Source: Balanoglossus misakiensis (lineage: Eukaryota > Animalia > Hemichordata). Taken from it: 64,000 nucleotides of DNA. The position numbers and the translations under genes were made by a program. Under the pieces are notes generated by a model. It was not told the DNA's origin, did no database searches, and saw nothing but the letters and a program-made list of their open reading frames with translations. The DNA is taken from contig CM082585.2 of the NCBI GenBank assembly GCA_040954595.2, positions 5,109,808 through 5,173,807 on the forward strand. Reading direction: 5' to 3'. Every line of letters begins with the position of its first letter. Positions within the stretch are counted from its first letter, which is position 1. This document shows positions 24,701-64,000 of the stretch, in pieces.

Positions 24701-27700
24701 CTACTGTCAGGTTGCAAGATGACCCCTGATTGGTCGGAACTAGGAGGACTCCTCCCCATTATTTTTTTCTGTTGACACAAGACGTTCGTGCCCACACAGT
24801 TGCCTCGCACCAACGGCTCTTATTTACTCCGCATTATTTCCACATCAACCATTTCGACCCTTTTCTGTCTCGACAGAAATACGATCACTTTTGGCGAATT
24901 GCTACAGCTAGTTGGATGCTCTTCTCACTCGTGTAAGTGTCTGTTAGCGGAGCCGAAGATTCGCTTTCGGTTCACAGGTAAGTTTGTTAATCAATGCAGT
25001 TGTCCAGAGTGAACGAGATCGGGGCAGACTGAAAGATTCGATTCGCAATTGGGCGGCCTGTGCTTCCCATCGTGTTTAAAACGAAAGTGCTGCACATCAA
25101 AATGTCCTTCCTGTACACGAATGTAAATGAAATGAATTTCAAAATATTGAATCGAAATTTTGAAGATAACCGTCATTGAATGAAAAGCGCGTTTTCGGCG
25201 TTAGATTTTTCGGCGTCCCGGCAACCAAATATTCCAAAGATATAATTCTAATTATTGTTAAAGGATATTACTTTCAGTCAAATTATCAAATTAAGACCTA
25301 CACTTACGGTGACTCGACTATTAACGCATGTAAAATATTAACTAGTCCGTATTCGGTGTTTTATACTTTAAGTTCGTCTGCACCGATACGACTGTACTTC
25401 AAGGCAAGTCATCAACGTTAACAGTGTGGCTTTTTAAGACTTTAAAACTCATTTGACTCAGAGCAGGACGTAGGATGTCGGCGTTTTAGTGACAGTGCGA
25501 AAAAAAAAAAAACTACGACAACGTAGTTCATTTGTTGACGTCCTACTTTTGCAGAGTTTCACTTTACTGTACACCATGAAAATGCCTCCCATAATGCTTG
25601 ACTGTATGTCCAGTCAGCAACGGCCCATATATCACCCATCCTGGCTTCAGTGTGTGTGGTGACTCAAATTAGAAAACACGTCATACCATTTACAAAGACC
25701 GTAATTCCAAAGAACTGACGCCGCTTTCTGTGTTAGCCAAGCACATACGCATCGTTCATCAAGTTGGTTTCCACGGTAACCGAAACTAAGACAACTCACG
25801 AATTCAAGTGAAATGAGCTGGAGTGTTCGTAAAGGGTCTATCATAAAAAAAATACATAAACGATTTTTTTTGGATCATAAAAAAATACATAAACGATTTT
25901 TTTTGGCCAGAAGTCAGTAGGATTACGAAGCTACACGCAATTCATACTCATTTCTTTACAGTGCCTCAATGGTAAAAGATAACGTCATCGTTTCCCTAGT
26001 TACCCCGTACGTTTTATTGTCCGATTCATGTAGGCCCAGTTTGTCCAGATAACATTGCAGAAAATAAGAACCGACTAATTAGAGCCTTTTGGATAAGACA
26101 CATGGCAGACAGACCGAATAAAGTTGATTTATCAACAGACTTGGAAATCAAAAGTAAATTGCAGCGCACCCGATGTGCCAATCTGTCACATGTCTATATG
26201 TATATTTACTAATTAGTCAGAGCCCCTAGTATTAATGCTAATCACAGTTTCCCCCAAGCAGGTAAAACTAAAATATCATAAACGAGGAATACGTTTTGGT
26301 TGTATGGGTATGGCACAGATGACGTAGAGTAATCAGGTAACTGGACTGAACTGGTAATTTGCAAAGAGAACTGGGCTAGGTGCCGCAGACAAAATCGGAC
26401 AGCCCTGATTCGTTTACATTACAAACAGGAGTGGTTTCAAGTATACTCGGAAGTAACCATTTATGCTGTACTGTATATGTACTCCCTTTCCAGAAGGAAA
26501 TGCGTTACTAAGTGGCAGTTTAAATAATGGGGCTATTGTTTTTAGCATTTTTGATTAGGGTATCAACTGGAGCTTATTTTCTGAATCCTCAGACATACTG
26601 GAAGTCCCTATAAACTATCAAATACTGAAGCCCCCGTGCTTACAATCGTCAGTATTGTAATGTTGAAAATTTATGTGCTGTATTGAATTCTTTTATGAAC
26701 AATTACAATGATCGCAACAGAGCTAGCCTGAAGCGCAAGTCAGGACGAATTGCGTTCAATTGTATAGCGTTTTGGTTACAGGTGACTGCTCCCTCCCCAA
26801 CCCCAGCCCCGCCCGTCTTTATGCACGCCGACGAAAAGTCTGTATTTGGCACGAATTTTGTTGCCAAAACTACCATGTTACTTTTGTGAACAATGAAAAT
26901 GACATCGGAATACGCTGGGTTGATTTCCCTTCATTGTGTCGAGGGTCTTTGTTGAGATTATTTTCGCTCTCCGGCGCAATTTATAAACATACTGGTTGCT
27001 AGGTTTTATGACCTACACAATCATGCAGTGTAACGACATTTGCTTTGATCGAAGTTGAATAAACCCAAGCTGACCCAGGGAAAGACTACGAACTTCCGAA
27101 AAAGTGGTCTGATATCAGACCGCGATTGTATATGCATACCACGTTCTCACACATATTGTTGTAAATCCCCTTCGGCGGATTGTCATAAAGAGTATTATGC
27201 GATGAGAGGGCTTGCTTTGGGCAATGTTTACTCCAGGCTGTTGATATGCCATCCGAGACGGACGTCGTGACTGCCCCAACAATGGCGGTCGGTTTGGAAC
27301 CAGACAATAAGAATGGCAAAAAGCAGATTGATGTCTCTTGAGCATGAAATCAACCGACTCCGACCCCACTTCTATACCACGGTGTCACTTTTGAAGTGGC
27401 ATGTAAGAAAATTCAAGCCTGTTGTATTTCACAATGCGTGTAACTTGTATAGACTGTGTCATGCAATGCCCACGTACAGCCTTATTACAAGCCCTAACAG
27501 CTGCCACTTCTAGCAAATTTTTAACCAACAAATTCAATCGTTTCCTTATCCTAAGTGGACTAATGACACTATTTGAATTTGTAAGGATTCTAACACCAGT
27601 ACGGGCATACCACAAAAGTTGTAAACTCTTGCACTGGGTGGCTCAGTAAACGAGTGCTACACCCGTTTATTCCTTAACTTGTTCATATTATGTACATCCA

Positions 27701-27984
27701 CAGTCAGAGGTTGATAATATGTCTGTGTTTACCCATCACTTAGATCATTCAAATCACAGACGAATAGAAAAGACAGATCTTTTCCCTTTAACTGTGTTCA
27801 AATAGACCATTCTAAGCTTTAAAAAATTATGAAAATAATGCAAAACGTTGGCGGCTGTACTTCAAAATTTTCTCGTGTTGCGAAGACTTTTTCGGCAAAC
27901 AGAATTTCGAACACACCAAAAGTAAGGATCCATTAACTTTCAGACAACGTTTATTTTCTAGTAATATGTATTTTACCCCGTATT

Positions 27985-28363
27985 TTATCCCGTATTGCTC
28001 TTACTTATGGAGTACTTTTTCAGTGTGTATTTTTAATGCAGTTAGGAGAGCTTACTCCCAGGTTTTCCGTAAATTGTCTGGTTTTAAACATTCTTTTATT
28101 CAGAGCAACAGTGCGATGTTTGTTAATCTTTCTATTTTAACTTTTGATGAAATACTCCGGAAAAAATCATTCAGCTTTTTAAGCAGACTCCACCTCTCAA
28201 GTAATCCACTTGTAGCCAGTGTTTTATCACTATCAGTGTTCTCAAATAGTGGACTTTGGAAGGTTTGGAGTAGACGATTGTTTTGATGTTTTTATGCTGT
28301 TTAGTTTTGCTATGGATTATTTTATAATCTGAAATAAAGATGTAATAATAATAATAATAATAA
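27985..28363 (+). mobile_element. 5'-truncated non-LTR retrotransposon (RTE-X/L2-group-like ORF2 C-terminus) with AATAAA and (TAA)n tail
   Basis: YCSYLW...AYSQVFRKL...SAMFVNLSILTFDEILRK...FLSRLHLSSNPLV...W resembles a LINE ORF2 end; AATAAA at 28333-28338, then a (TAA)7 tail. Confidence 0.7.
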
Positions 28364-28382
28364 TTTACAGGCACACACTGCA

Positions 28383-63975
<35,593 letters not shown>

Positions 63976-64000
63976 GTTTGAGTGAAAATACTGTTTCCAC

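Noticed and set aside
25841-25906. Direct duplication of about 33 bp (TCATAAAAAAAATACATAAACGATTTTTTTTGG)
   Set aside because: Simple local slippage duplication
27280-27670. Possible highly decayed LINE reverse-transcriptase remnant
   Set aside because: Only vague motif echoes across frameshifts; needs tBLASTx/HMM support

Overview
Eukaryotic (metazoan, probably marine invertebrate; taxon is inference) genomic DNA with spliceosomal introns. Left to right: (1) the 5' part of a minus-strand THAP-domain gene that looks like a PIF/Harbinger-ISL2EU-type transposase and runs off the left edge; (2) a complete 4-coding-exon MBLAC1 gene whose second intron is mostly filled by a 4.3-kb three-unit Helentron-like (HINE) concatemer; (3) a 3.1-kb foldback-like element with 21-bp-minisatellite arms and a candidate 4-bp TSD; (4) a complete 9-exon FBXL18 gene with many MITEs; (5) from 28.4 kb to the right edge, one very large secreted/surface glycoprotein gene: a signal-peptide exon, then at least 8.5 near-identical genomic repeats (about 3.4-4 kb each, longer where elements inserted). 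Each repeat has six phase-1 exons (Thr-rich mucin-like, FN3, EGF, FN3, FN3, 5-Cys EGF), giving >3,500 aa within the window. The repeats are mosaics of one another and carry unit-specific transposon insertions. All exon boundaries were read by hand from GT/AG sites and frame continuity; family assignments come from motif recognition, not database searches.
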